A stretch of 64,000 nt of DNA, from positions 35,154,001-35,218,000 of the forward strand of contig CM060732.1 of assembly GCA_030704615.1 (NCBI GenBank), given 5' to 3'. A model generated the notes under the pieces. It was not told the origin of the DNA. It did no database searches and saw nothing but the letters and a program-made list of their open reading frames with translations. How positions within the stretch are numbered: the stretch's first letter is position 1; each line of letters opens with the position of its first letter. This document shows, in pieces, positions 24,637 to 37,190 of the stretch. The translations under genes were made by a program, and so were the position numbers. This DNA is from Takakia lepidozioides (Eukaryota; Plantae; Bryophyta).

Positions 24637-25835
24637 TGTCTGGGACATTCCACTCAATCTCTACGCATATCTTCAACAATGAAATGTAAGTTAGATAAAA
24701 CTTACTGGCACCTTCTTAGGTTTTGAAATTTGATCCCCTTCTGCAGCTTTCCTCTTCCCTCTCACATCTGCTGGAATTTCTGTCTGCGCTAGGGTTTCTT
24801 GACCTTCTCCCGGTTCGGCGTTCCGCGTGCTTCCACCTTCTTCAGTGTCCCTGCGAATCATCTCTGCCTCCACAGGCTGGCGCACTCTTATCGCCGACTG
24901 TGTCACAGCCGCTGCCTCAGTCTCCGTCTGCTCTTGTGAATCAGTCTCCGCGTTCACCTGCTGCCTTGGCCCTGTGTTCTCCAACAAACGACGCCTCGTC
25001 ATTTTCTCTCTTGCTCTGCGTCTCTCTCTAAGGGAAGTAAAATAAAGAGACTTTCTTCTCTTTCGTATTCTAGAAGGAACCCTCTCCAGCTTGACTACCA
25101 CTCTCCCTCTAAGCGCGAAAAGTAGAAAAACGCAGTGACTCCCGATTTCTTGCGGGATTGCCTGCGTTCTTGCGTGTCTCTAGAAGCATCGGATTCCCTC
25201 CCGCGTGACCGTTACACATAGTCGTTCCCTTATTAGTGCACATGCCAGCAATTGGTGTACAGCTGTTCGTATTCAGTTATGGATGTCTGACGTGTGTCGC
25301 CCAAAAAAAACGGCGTGTTCTTTATTAGAACGGTTTCAATATTTAAAAATAACAGCGAATCCAAGAAATCTTGGCGCACAGTCTTAGAGAGTTTGATGAC
25401 AAATTTTGGGATATTATACACGGTCATCCTTGTTAGCCAACCCCACGTTTGTTTCACATTTTGAACTTTCCAGGTGCGCATATCATTGGTAGTAGTATAA
25501 AGATACATTTACTTAATCTGCAATCCCATTCTCAGATCTTGTGGCATGCTTCCAGGAAGTCGGCTTTGTTTTTGGGTTTATTGATGAGGTTCTGGTTAAC
25601 GGTTTTACAGCTGCCGACACTGCACCTAGGGATACTCTGACCACTGGGCCCACAAGAAAAGTAATTAAAATGGACGGCTGCATATCTGGAAAGAATAACA
25701 TAATATGCACAGTCGTTATCTGAGCTTCCTCCGCCATATTCTCTGCTCATTCTTCAACTGTGTTCTGGAGACAGCAGTAAACCGATTTACACTAGATCTG
25801 CGATAGCAAGGTACAAACGTACGCGAGGAAGGAAG

Positions 25836-28800
25836 ATGGCTTCCTCTGAAGCGGAGTTCTTCTCTGACGACAAACCAGTGCCGTTCTCCCAGGAAGTCCT
25901 TGACAATGGATTTGCAATTGTTCTGGAACATGTCTTGGCTACCCGTTTTCAGCTGCAGAATGGCTCCATCTTTTTGGAGAAAGAGGTGTACGATCTTAAA
26001 GGAAAGTTGGTGAAATATTTTTCCAAAACCGTGATGAGACGGCTCATATCAGCCAGTGGAGAGTGCGTCCTGGTCGATACAGAGTACTTGGAGAGCCTCG
26101 GCGAAAGTCCCTTGGGTCATATGTGACGCCCGGGACTGCTGCTTCGGTCGTTGAAGACAAGAGGGAGGTGGTGGTGAAAAAAGAACAACGTCCTCCACTC
26201 CAATTGTTGAGCTTTCGGATTCTTCCGATGATGACATAAGTGAAATTCCAAATCCAGTCCTTCCTACTGTGGTTGGAGAAGCTGATGAAGAAGAGATTTG
26301 TAGTGTCATTCCAAAATTGCGGGCGATGGGAGGAATGGCTGGATTCAAAAGTGAGTTGCGGGGAATTGATTGGGAATCTTTGAAGCAGGTGCCTGTGAAG
26401 TTCTTGCCGGAGACTTTTGATGGCGATATCCTATTCGAGCTGCCTCCTCCTCCGCGAGTTGGAGGTGTAACAATCATGATGCATGGAATGGACAAAAAAC
26501 ACGACGGGCACCCGTGGTGCAGAACAAAAACATCCAATATTCAGAATGATGACAAGCTTGTTTTCAGGAGGACAGTTTGCAATGGACACCTTAGGTGTGA
26601 TAATTTGAATTGCAGACACTTTCTTCAGTCTGGGGTTCATAATCAAAGCGAATGGGAGGGTCTGGCGGAAAATCCATTTCAGCCTGGGACTGCCCCTCCA
26701 CCGGCAAACACTTTCGTCTGCAAATTCTGCAAACTTGTGCCATCCTGTTTGGCGCTCTGCGGAGCAAGAATGTACTATGTTGTCCACCGTTTGAATACAA
26801 TGACGAGAGCTTGTGTGCATTTTGGATTCCATAACCATCCTGTCTCGAAGGGGGATTACAGGGAGAGTGTTGAGACAGTATCGAGGTTGATCAAACAGGA
26901 GTTCGGGAGAAACCCATCCGCATCAACATCTGCAATTGCTCTTGGCGCAAGCAAGTCCTTCTTGGAAAGCCATATTTTGAGTGAAGGAGATTCTGTGGGG
27001 ACTAAACTTGACGGTGCAGCATTGGACCTGGTCATGGATCATTTCTCCACTTTAAGTTCACCTAACATTCGGCATCAGATCAATGCATTGAGAATGGGCT
27101 CTGGGATCAGAGGCTACATAGACAATATTTTGGAATTGAAACGAGTGAGCAAGTACGATTACATCCAGGACAATGTATTCCCAGGTCAAGGTGCCATCAA
27201 AGTTTTTCTTTTCAAAATGTCGACTGTTGGGGAGGGCAGTGGGGTTAGCCTCGTGAAGCGGATGCAGAAGACTGGGGACTTGCAGAACTGTTTTCTTATG
27301 TTTGATCATGTGAAACGAGTGAAGGATTGGACGACAATGGCTTGTCATGTCTACGATCCAGTGTACCAACGAGTTATGACAATTGCAGTTTGTGACATGC
27401 AATCCGAGGATACGGAATCCCAGAAGCTCATGTGGAATTCCCTGATACGTGTCATGGGCTGCCATGGGCTGCCATCTCCAAATTTCGCAGGTTTCATGGC
27501 GGATAGTGCTCAAGCAAATTTCAATGCTGTTCGTATTGTCTTCGGATCGGGCGACCCAAAAGTGCCTATGCCAGGAAGAGAGCGTACATGTCTATTCCAT
27601 TGGACACAATCTCTGGAAAAACATACAAAGTCGGACATCAAACCAGAGATGCAGACTCAGCACCGTAAATTGTGCAAAGAGTACAAAGATGCTAGAACAA
27701 TGAAGGAGGCGGACACTTTGTTCCAGACAATTCGTGCATGGTGGTTCTCTTCTGGAGCTGCATCACTTGAGAGTATGAGAGCATTGGAAGATTGGCTGGC
27801 GTTTTGGCACTTCCGGTATAGACAGTGGGGAGCAGCCATGACAATGGTACGAGGCTTCTATTTCATGCTTTATTCATATATTTGCTTTCCATATTTTTGA
27901 CTCATTGCTTTCTTTATGTTGTTTCCTGTGCACTGTTCTGAAGTGTGGTTATCCTCTTTGCAGAACATGTCCATTGAGGAAATGGCGGACATGCCATCTT
28001 GCAATTTGGCAGAAACTGTGCACAACGCATGGTTGCAGCAGTCTGGGAAATGAGGTCGGGATTTGTATGTGGCAACAACAGATGATTTGATACGTGCCTT
28101 GCAACAACAAACCCGATACCGTGATTTTTTACGAGGTGGGGTTGGTGGCAAGGGTCCGGACAAATGGGAGTTGATGTTGCGTGCTGCAAACAGATCTGGG
28201 GATCCAATCAAGATAGCACGGGCGGTGAGCATGTATGCCCAGGGAACGCCACTTGTTTCTAGAGTTCCACATCTTGAAGGGGAGGAGAGATTCGGCTCCT
28301 GTAAGAGGAAATTGAACACTCCACCTGGTTCGGATTCAGATTCCCACAGGGCAGACCGTGATAACTTCTCGAAGCCTCGTGTTCCTCTGCATGACAGCTC
28401 CATGTCCGGAACCTCCATTGTGGAGGAACCTCCAACACGACGGCAAACTCCAGCATCAAACAGTGCCACTGAAATGGTGCAGGAGAGAAACAACCCCCTT
28501 GATGTGCTTGAGTCCGCATGCCCCGACCATGTTTGGCACATAGAACGCACAAGTATAGGGTCTCGTGTGAAATGTACAGCGATCAGGGCAACTAATTTCG
28601 AGAAATGCACTTCATCTATATCCAGAGGTGGTGCCCGAACTCCTGCTCCGACTTTCACAGGCTTGATGCGTCCATACGGTCAACCAGAAGCCAAGAACCA
28701 CAAGTTCTGGTTCTGCGCAGATGATTGTGCCAGATGTGTGCATAGAACTGTGCGTCCTTCCGTAGTGATGAAGCCAACTCCTCCAACCATTTGGCCCGTG

Positions 28801-29349
28801 AAGGTGGGAACACATCTCAGCTTTCAGGAGATTGAAATGCTGGAGGAGACAGGTTTTTCCCTTGCGAGACAACCCCAACTCCATGCATGTGCTACTACTT
28901 CTGCGTCCTCCCGGGTCCCCCCGACAAATCCTGACTTGTGGCCAACCAAACAAGATGGAAAGCTCGTTCGGCGTTTCCCTCCAACCGCTGAACACTTTGG
29001 CAAAGTGGAGTCCACAAGAATGCTCCAAGCTCGTGTTGGAAGCACCACGGAAGTACCCGATCCAGGATATGGTCGGGTATTCACAATCATCACTTCCACA
29101 TCTGCTGTTCATGACAGGACCTACGACATCACGGTTTCCAATTTCCCCAATTGCACATGTCCTGATTTTGTGAATATGCTATCAACCAGTTTGGGCAAGA
29201 GAGGTAAATTCATACCCTGCAAACATTTGTGTTTCATATTTTTGAGGAGGATGGTTTGCGATCCCAAACGTGACAACTTCATTCACCAGGCCACTATGAG
29301 TTTCAACGAGGTCGATACTCTTTTGCAGCGGGATACAACACATGGGTAG
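25836..29349 (+). pseudogene. MULE-type DDE transposase with a GCM/WRKY-like DNA-binding domain and a C-terminal SWIM finger; one premature stop and N-terminal frameshifts
   Basis: GCM-like DGHPWCRTKT...CNGHLRC...CKFC...HFGFHNHP. Catalytic-like D (FLMFDH), D (FMADSA), CxxH (CLFHW) and E (NLAETVH). Intron 27847-27963. In-frame TGA at 28051-28053. SWIM CTCPDF...PCKHL. Confidence 0.88.
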
Positions 29350-29996
29350 CATGAACTATGTAATGTGGTATGTGGATGACCATGATTTGAAATGTGTAAT
29401 TCACATCAATTCGTCGGCTGTGCAATGATATGGCCTCCAACTATACGGAGTGAGCTCTGAGTGACAACTTTTAGGTAGTGCACATTTGTCATTGCACCGT
29501 TCGAAGTCTACATGTCTTGCTGTCGCTATGCACTACAATCATCTTTTGAAGATGATCCTAACTCTCATTGTTATTTGAGGAGGGAGGAAGGTCTTCCCGT
29601 GGCAGCCTTTATGGCGCACACTTTGTGAGGATATTTTGTCGTCCTCGTAATTGTAAAAGTGAAACAAGCATTTGTAATTGCACAATGTTGGATGCTGCAA
29701 TTGTAGGCCTCAATGCTCGTCTTGATTCTATTTAGGCAACATTCCCTGCATTAATTCCACGGTCATAGGACCATCCACGGTTATAGGCGGCGCATGTTAA
29801 TGGTGACGTGGCAGATGACGGACAATGCCATGTCATCATTTACCGCCACATCAGCATGCTGACATGACGCTCACGCCATGTCAGCGTGTGTGCAGGCTCA
29901 CGCCACGTCAGCTGGCGTGAGCGTACGCTCACGCCACGTCACTCCTGCGTGAGCGTACGCTTGCGCGCTCACGCCATTGCGTCGTTGTCTTGGAAA

Positions 29997-32866
29997 TTGG
30001 AAGGTCTGTAATAAAGTCCATAGACACGGACGACCATGGGCCCTTGGGAATGGGTAATGGTTGAAGAAGGCCGTAAGGTCGATGTCGTGGTCCCTTCGCT
30101 CTAGCACATGTGTCGCATGATTTTATAAATTCTTTCACGAGTTTTCACATCTGCAGCCACCAATAGTCCCTGGATATCAATTCCATTGTTTTGTTGAAGC
30201 CGAAATATCCTGCAGCCGGAAGATCATGACATGATTGAAGAATTCGAAGTCGTGTAGGTCCTGGAGGTACATAGAGAAGTCTTAGTGTCGTAGCAAATTG
30301 GTCGCTCTTCAGTGCTTCCTGAATCTCCTTTATGATCTCTACATCGTCATAGGTAGACATGGATAACATATTCAATTGGAGAGTTGCAGGTTTCAAGATG
30401 ATGGATTTCTGTTGGTCAAAAGCTGCGTCCCTTTCTTTTGGCGCAAGATACGATCGTCGAGAAATAACATCTGGTTTTCCTTGAAGATGTCCGAGACGGT
30501 AGGTAATAACAAAATCAAACATTGCTAGTGATATACTCCATCTCGCATGACGTCAATTCAAAACACAAGCACTCATAAAATACTCGAGGTTTTTGTGATC
30601 AGTATAGACAGTGACCTGATGTTTAGCTCCCTCCAATAGATGACGTCACTCCTCAAAAACATCGATAATCGCTAGAAGTTCTTTGTCATGGATTTCATAA
30701 TTGATCTCCGCAGCGGAAAATTTACGAGAACGAAAACCAACAGGGTGAAGTCGGCTATCTGTACCGTATTGAGAGAGTATCGCGCTAAGTGCAAAGTCCG
30801 ATGCATCTGCTTCCAAAAAGAATGGTTTAGATGGGTCTACATGTACCAGTATTGGAGCCGTTGTAAATGTCTGCTTCAACATTTCCAATGATTGGTCAAC
30901 CTTCTTGTCCCATACAAATTTGTCTTTCCATGTGAGTCGTGTCAATGGTATAGCACTTTTGGAGTAGTCATTGATGAAGATTCTATAGAAATTTGTAAAT
31001 CCTAGAAAACATTGTACATCTCGGATCGAAGTTGGTTTAATCCACACATTGATGGTTTGTATTTTCTTTTGATCTATAAAGACTCCTCTGTCGGAAATAA
31101 TGTAGCCCAAAAATTTGATTTCAAATTGGTGGAAAAGATATTTTTCCAACTTGGCATATAGTCTTTTTTCCCTCAATTTATCAAAGATAAAGCATACATG
31201 ACGACCATGTTCTTCTTCATTATGTGAAATATCAAAATGCCGTCCAAATAGATGACTACAAATTCATCTAAAAATTCTCGAAAGATGTCATTCATCATGT
31301 GTTGAAAAATTGCTGGAGCATTTGTAAGACCGAAAGGCATAACATTGCATTCGAAATGTCCGTACCTTGTGCGAAAAGCAGTCTTCCATTCGTCTCCTTC
31401 TTTTATTCGTACAAGGTTATAAGTTCCTCTCAAGTCGATCTTTGTAAAAAAATTTGCTCGTCTAAGTCGTTCGAGGAGTCCGGAAATTAGCTGTAGTGGG
31501 TAACGATTTTTTATAGTGACTTTGTTGAGCCCACGATAGTCCACACACATGCGTAACGATCTGTCATTCTTCTTCACAAACAAGATAGGTGCTCCCGCGG
31601 GTTCGAATGTCGAATGGAATTCTTTGACAAATTTTCATCAATGTATTCGCGTACAGCAGCCAGTTCCGTCTGAGATAAATTGTAGATTGGGCCGAATGGT
31701 GGTTGAGCTCATTCTTGCAACTCAATTGCACAATCATAAAGTCGATGTTCTGGCAATGTCTGCATTTTCTTCTCGAAGACATCCTTGAAATCTTGATATT
31801 GAGTGGGTAATGTCGAAGTACCTTGGTCTATTGTGGTCTTGATCGGAGTCGCATAAAGTGCAAATGTCGTGTCTTTCTTCGTAGCTCTCATGAAGGCTTT
31901 AGCTCCAAGAAATAGGCGTTGAATACCTTTGGTACTTTTGCATTTTTGTCTTGCCAAATTTTTTTGTGATCGTTAGTCGATGTTATGATTATGAAGTACA
32001 AACCAGGGAAGTCCAAGGATCACATGATTCGTTGGAGACTGGATGACATTGAAAACAATCTGTGATGCTTGATTTTTAAGCTTCACTTCAAGGGGTCGAG
32101 TTTCATGGTCAATATTTCCTGATGCTAACGGTCGTCCATCGATGATTTCAACGGGGGCCGATAGTTTCTTCTTTACGAACATTAAATTGTGTTGTTTCGC
32201 AAAGTTTTTGTCAATAAAACATGCTGAAGCCCCTGAGTCCAAAAGTACTTCTACAGAGATATCTTGATTTTACACTCTGATTTTTACCGAAACTGTGAAG
32301 CAAGGTGCAGGGTCTGGAGGTAGAAAGAGATTTTTTTTTGTGAGGAATATGTGGTGTCCAGCCGCATGGTCCCTACTCAGTGTTGTGACTGGATATCTTT
32401 GTTTTCCAAAATTGTATAGTAAATGCAAATTTTTCTCTAATAGCGGTGCAAACCAAGATAGGGTAGTGCCTGATAGAAGGGTGCCCACGAATCCCACTTG
32501 AATACCTTCATCAGGGTAGCATTGGGGATATAGTCGTAGGAATAATCGTATTTGTTGAACAAAACCGCAAAATCTTGATCTCGTCCCATCAAATTTCTCG
32601 GGCATGCTGACCTTTGGTTCCCTTGTAATCTGTTGAAGATTTGGAGGAACCGTTGCAGTAGGAGTTGTTGTAGTAATGACTCATAAGGTTGAAGATCCAT
32701 TGTTCGACTCTTTCAACTCTGAAATTTGTTGTTCCAAATTGTTGAGAGCATTGCCAAGATCTTGAGACTGATCAGCTTGTAGTTGGGCAGTAGAGGTACG
32801 AAGTTCTTGCATCTGGAGCTCAAGATTCTGCAATGTGGCGACCATCTCCTCAAATGTGCCTTCCAT
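29997..32866 (-). pseudogene. Chromovirus gag, protease, RT, RNase H and integrase N-terminus (fragmented)
   Basis: PEKFDGTRS (gag), LLDSGASACFID (PR), [25 protein letters not shown] (RT with YxDD mutated), EADASDFA...YEIHDKELLAI (RH), HDLPAAG...CDTC and SMDFITDLP (INT). Confidence 0.95.
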
Positions 32867-32904
32867 CTTAACTAACTAAGGAACAAACTTTAGTCTCACC
32901 AAAC

Positions 32905-33543
32905 TGTCAAGGACGAGAACATGACTGAATACAAACAAGATATCAGACGAGAGGTACAAGACTAGACAAGAAGTCAAGGTCGGCGTGGCCGAATGCATGA
33001 TGAGTAAATAGGGATCAAGACGATCTTTATAACAATGAACAAGAGTACTAGATATTGGAACGCGACTTCAATACTGGAATGCTGGAAACTGGACTGGAGT
33101 ACCAGATACTGAAAACTGGGCTAAAGTACTGAGCACTGGACTGGAGTACTGGAAACTGGAAACAAGAGTAGTTTGAACTTGTGTTGGCGAGACTGAAGAG
33201 TGTCCAGTCTCGCCTCCTATATATATTGACTATTAGGAGGTTCCCTAAGAGGCTTCCCCACAGGAGGTTTCTTGATGAAGAAGTTTCTTAAATAAATGAG
33301 GTATCTTGATGGAGAAGTTTCCTTAAATAAAGGAGGTATCTTGATGAAGAAGTTTCTTCCAAAGGAAGCTTCCTGAGCAGTTTTCCAAGTTACTCTCGAT
33401 AATTTGGTAAACTCCCGATAACTTGATAACTTATGGTAGATCATGGTAGATCATGATAGATCATGATAATTTTCGGTAACATGGTAACTTGATAACTTCT
33501 GGTATTTAATCCTGGTAAGTTCCTCTGGGCTATGTCCGTGACA
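32905..33543 (-). repeat. 5' LTR (639 bp) of the chromovirus
   Basis: tgtcaaggacgagaac...tatgtccgtgaca, matching 16320-16926. Confidence 0.95.
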
Positions 33544-34302
33544 CTAATTAATGAATAAGCTTGAAAATTTCAGTGCTCTCTCAGGAGAGATGAGCAGATT
33601 GTACCTCACTGGCAAGTCGACAAGGTCGTATTTTCAGTCGAGTGTCAATTTAAGGTGGTGATGTGGTGCGTTGCAGGAAGTATAGTGCTGAAATGGCTCA
33701 CAATGTGTCGACACTCAAGAAGAAAACGAAAGTGAAGCGTGTTACATAGTGGAATGTTACAGTAACCAATGGGGAAAAATCAGAGAATCAAAGATTTGTC
33801 TCACATCTGCTGTGTTGTCTTATTCTACGTTGCTTTCATCAATCTACTTTTTCCCAAATGGTAGCATTGATTAAATCTTATCATGTGCTTCATGAGGGAT
33901 TTTCTCCATTTTGTGATGTTTGTGCAAACGACATTGATTGTTGTGCATGGTTCAGATAAATGTTATAATGACATCCTCGTTCAACATTTATCCACTCTCA
34001 TTCATGCATGATATTTCATCCACATTCATCCATATTCGGAGCGTGTCATCCTCATTAATTCATCCACAACCATTCTTCTATATTCGGTCTCTGCAAATAC
34101 AATCATTCAGCAACATTAAGTATAAGCTCTCTTCTGCACTTCGCCTTGTCGCCCACATATGGTTCCCCATATGCCGAATGTAGAAGTCCGCGGCTATAGC
34201 CCCCTCCCCCCCCCCCCCCATTTTTTTTTTTTTTTTTTCTGCCTGTTCGGTCCGCGGTTATAGGTCCATGCCTATGGAAATGACGTGGCTTGACATGACG
34301 TA

Positions 34303-35622
34303 CACTACTACGTTTAGGGGGGGTTAGCGACGCCAGGACCCCGGACGCGCCGACCCCCTTGCGACTGCAGCGTTGCACAGGCGCCCGGCTCGGGACTTGC
34401 GACGTCGGGGCGTCGTAATGCCGACGCTCGGACGACGTTGTGGCATCTTGCGATACGATGCCGTCGCCGGAAAGGGGCCTGACCCCATTCCCCCGCCAAC
34501 GCACTAGGGGGGTTGCGACGGCCTGGCGTCGCAACAATTTGCTGCGACGCCCCCGGGATGCTGCGACGTCGGGGAATCGCAACGAGACGTCGCAGCGCGC
34601 AGCCCAGCGACGGCGGGGAATCGCAATGCTTAAAAAAAAAAAAAAAAAAAAAAAAAACCGTTTTTATTTATTTATTTTATTTGATTCCCCGCCGTCGCAG
34701 GAGCGCCCGGCCGTCGCAAATGCGTCGCTAGGGCTGCGATTCCCCGGCGTCCTGGGGGCGTCGCGGAAAATTGATTCTGGGAGTAGATTGTAGAGCATAA
34801 TGAGCTTGACATCCTCAGACTATAGCCATTGTCCAACAATAAGTTGCAATGCAGCTTTGCAAAACTTAGGCCATTGATAGATATTTGTTTCTTGAAGAAC
34901 TCTGGGGACAAGTCTCGGTGCAAGTTCCAGTTGTGCGAGCTCCTATAGAGTATGCATAATCTGCAACACAATGATATGATTGAGATAATGGTAGTCACTA
35001 GGAGCTTATTCTTGATATGTATATATATACTTGGACTGCTTTTGTGATACATAGATGTATTGTAGATTTGTTGGTTAGTGTGCAGTGTCTTAGAAATGTG
35101 GAGGTCCTAGGTTCAAATATACATTGCCTAATATATGTAGAACAATGCATAAACTGCCATTGGACAAAACCGAAGTCAATGGTCAACGGCGAGTCAATGG
35201 TCAACTAATTTTTGAAATTCAAAATTCAAACTGAAATATAAATTCAATTTTTCCCACCTAAATTCAAATGTACCCCCTACTGTGACGTCTGGGGGTCACA
35301 TTTACGACCCCCGGACGTCCCTAATGCGACGTCGCAGAAAAAAACGTTTTTTTTTTTTTTTTTTTTTTTTTTGGATGCCCGGACGTCGCAAGTCGCGCCG
35401 GCGCCGCGGCCCGGGGGTTTGCGATTCCCCGACGACGCTAATTAGTGACGTTCCGGGAGCGACGTCGCTGCGACATCTCTACGACTTCCCGACGTCGCTG
35501 CGACATCTCTGCGACTTCCCGACGTCGCCCCCGGCGCGCCCCGGGCCCCGTAGAGTATTTTCGTCGCTAATCGCGGCGGTTGGAGGTCGTTGGGGCATCG
35601 CTAACCCCCCAACGTAGTAGTG
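34303..35622. mobile_element. Non-autonomous CACTA element (1.3 kb) inside the MULE-A subterminus
   Basis: TIRs cactactacgtt..ggggggttagcga and tcgctaaccccccaacgtagtagtg. GC-rich subterminal gcgacgtcgc repeats with an AT-rich core. 3-bp TSD gta/gtg with one mismatch, splitting a tgacgtggc motif. Confidence 0.85.
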
Positions 35623-35768
35623 GTGGCGTCAACCACGCTGGCAAGGTCTGCTGACGTGGCGTCAGACCCGTGAGCCAACATGACAAGAACTGCTGACATG
35701 GCGTGAGCCTGGTTGCGCTTACACGTTCACGCTCAGATGCTCACGCGGAAGCATCCCCCGAACTTGAG

Positions 35769-37190
35769 TACTGTTGTGGCAATATGCTCCCCCTCTGACA
35801 CTAGCGGTAATGATAGTCAAAGGGGCAGTGTTCCATCCATGGTGACGAAGGGCTAAAATGAGCTGTTCATATTTTCACGTTTATACATAATTGATTGGTT
35901 AAGGTCACTATCATGACAAAATATAAATTCTATGATATGAATGGTGAGGGAGGGGTGTGGACCTGTTGGTATTGTTGATGAAAGAGGTAGTCCATGGATA
36001 AGTAGAATATCAAGGCGTGACCTTGCTAGACATCGACATAGGATATAGAGACATGTGCAAGGTAGAAGCCATGGAGGTATTGTGTGCTCCGGTGGTCTAC
36101 CTTGAAACGTACATGCATTGATGAGGTTAAACCATCTGGATTTAGGATGTGACATAAGAAGTTTTTGAAGATGCCAAGCTCCTTGGCTATGTTTGATTAT
36201 ATATAATCCATGGAGTATGGGGTGTTTACAATGGAGAAGCAAGTGTGGCCATGTGTCTACTTCGGGGGGATGTGCGTGGCATAATGTGTGTGCAATGCTT
36301 GTTAGGGTATAATAAAGGCCAGAATAGATTTTTTCTTTGATTGCCCATATATTGGCCGTATCAGAATCGTAGTGTTTGTCTGATTTGGGCATCAATAATT
36401 ATAGGAGAGGTCCAAAAGTGGTTGGACATGGCATGCATTAGGTATGGGGAAGATACCATTTTGATACATGTATGGTTTTGTGTAGGTGCGGGATACTTGG
36501 ATTTGTTGTTTGGTTTCGTTGAGGTGGGAATTTCAGAGGAGGGGGCGTTGTGAAGTCTGGGATCGGTAGTATGTGTGTTGGTGGCAATAATGCCCAGAGT
36601 ACTGGTCTTGGGGTCGCCAATTTCCATGCTTTGTCTAGGTTGACTCGAGGATATATGCAGAGTGATGGGGTTGGCGAATATACCCCATGGCTGTGGGGCC
36701 GAACAACTGTCTTAGTAATTGATCCAGTTGTCCAAAGAAGGTGGGCGTTATTTGTAGGGTATTTGAGTGTTATATATAGATAAGTTTTGTTAATGATGTT
36801 TCTCTATATTGCATATAATTTGGCAATGGTGGAGGGGAATCACAGGTTAGCGACTGGGGGTCAAATGTTGCTAATGTATACATTCCAAGGGGGTTTGCTA
36901 TCATAGGGTGCGTTGTGGGCGTGGTTGTTGTTTGAGACAGTAATAATATGGTGAACGAGTCTGGAGATGCATGAGATGCCACGCCAGTGAATTGCTTCAC
37001 CAGTGGTAATGGCGTTCGGAGGGTGAGCAAAGCCACGCCAGTGGTGGGATCTGGTTAAGCCTAAAGAGCCAAAATATTGATCTGTGTCATATAGACTAGA
37101 GTAGCTTGAGAAACCAATTAAGCATGTGAGAGGATTGGAATAATATGAGTGTGCGAGTAGCTATTTTGGGTGCCAGCTGCACACTACCTA
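35769..37190 (-). mobile_element. RLE-type (Dualen/RandI-like) LINE copy 2, main fragment
   Basis: PCIF1-like segment (YSSLYDTDQYFGSLG...GFAHPP), zinc knuckle (TLCHAH...DTWPHLLLHCKH) and RLE (RLDILLIHG...IHIIEFIFCHD). Confidence 0.75.

Larger units (their letters stand above)
19577..25002 (-). pseudogene. Spliced cargo gene: ParB/Srx-like domain fused to a beta-class-like amino (N6A/N4C) DNA methyltransferase domain; several frameshifts
   Basis: GT-AG exons 25002-24706, 24112-23469, 23374-23170, 23085-~22682, ~22596-22369, 21430-... and 19767-19577. ParB-like motif FYVWDGNHRLLAW. MTase-like motif IV ADIVI/LDIPDG (~20600), motif X-like WRGAKEKSPAFMQILLESCSPP, and a spliced motif I/II VVDLSVSTG^ATYHACKVGRRLFGMEGD. 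Confidence 0.75.
18562..29987 (+). mobile_element. Mutator-like DNA transposon B (11.4 kb) carrying a transposase and a ParB/methyltransferase cargo gene
   Basis: TSD tcttggaaa at 18553-18561 and 29988-29996 (could be read as 10 bp). Imperfect TIRs of about 21 bp: cagggatgcctcggcgtgagc and caacgacgcaatggcgtgagc. Removing the element restores the in-frame integrase sequence TDLPISKT|TDSILVIVDRFTKM. Confidence 0.93.
16115..33543 (-). mobile_element. Full-length but decayed Ty3/gypsy chromovirus LTR retrotransposon, interrupted by MULE-B
   Basis: TG...CA LTRs at both ends, 5-bp TSD ctaat (16110-16114 and 33544-33548), a PPT at 16927-16941, and gag-PR-RT-RH-INT-chromodomain order on the minus strand. 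Confidence 0.95.
12320..35759 (-). mobile_element. Mutator-like DNA transposon A (degenerate, with nested insertions)
   Basis: 9-bp TSD gaacttgag at 12311-12319 and 35760-35768. Short imperfect TIRs (ggacgatg...gagcgtacgctcac and gggggatgc...gcgtgagc) resemble those of element B, and there are subterminal tgacgtggc/ggcgtgagc repeats. Removing the element rejoins the LINE coding sequence. Confidence 0.85.

Noticed and set aside
25233-25750. Short minus-strand ORFs between the two MULE-B genes as a third gene
   Set aside because: No recognisable motif or consistent splice structure; more simply a bidirectional promoter/UTR region. Not fully excluded.
27870-28658. 262-aa minus-strand ORF
   Set aside because: Antisense shadow of the transposase exon 2.
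34103-35617. Arg-rich ORFs (34103-34582, 34440-34793, 35282-35617)
   Set aside because: Artefacts of GC-rich CACTA subterminal repeats and homopolymer runs.
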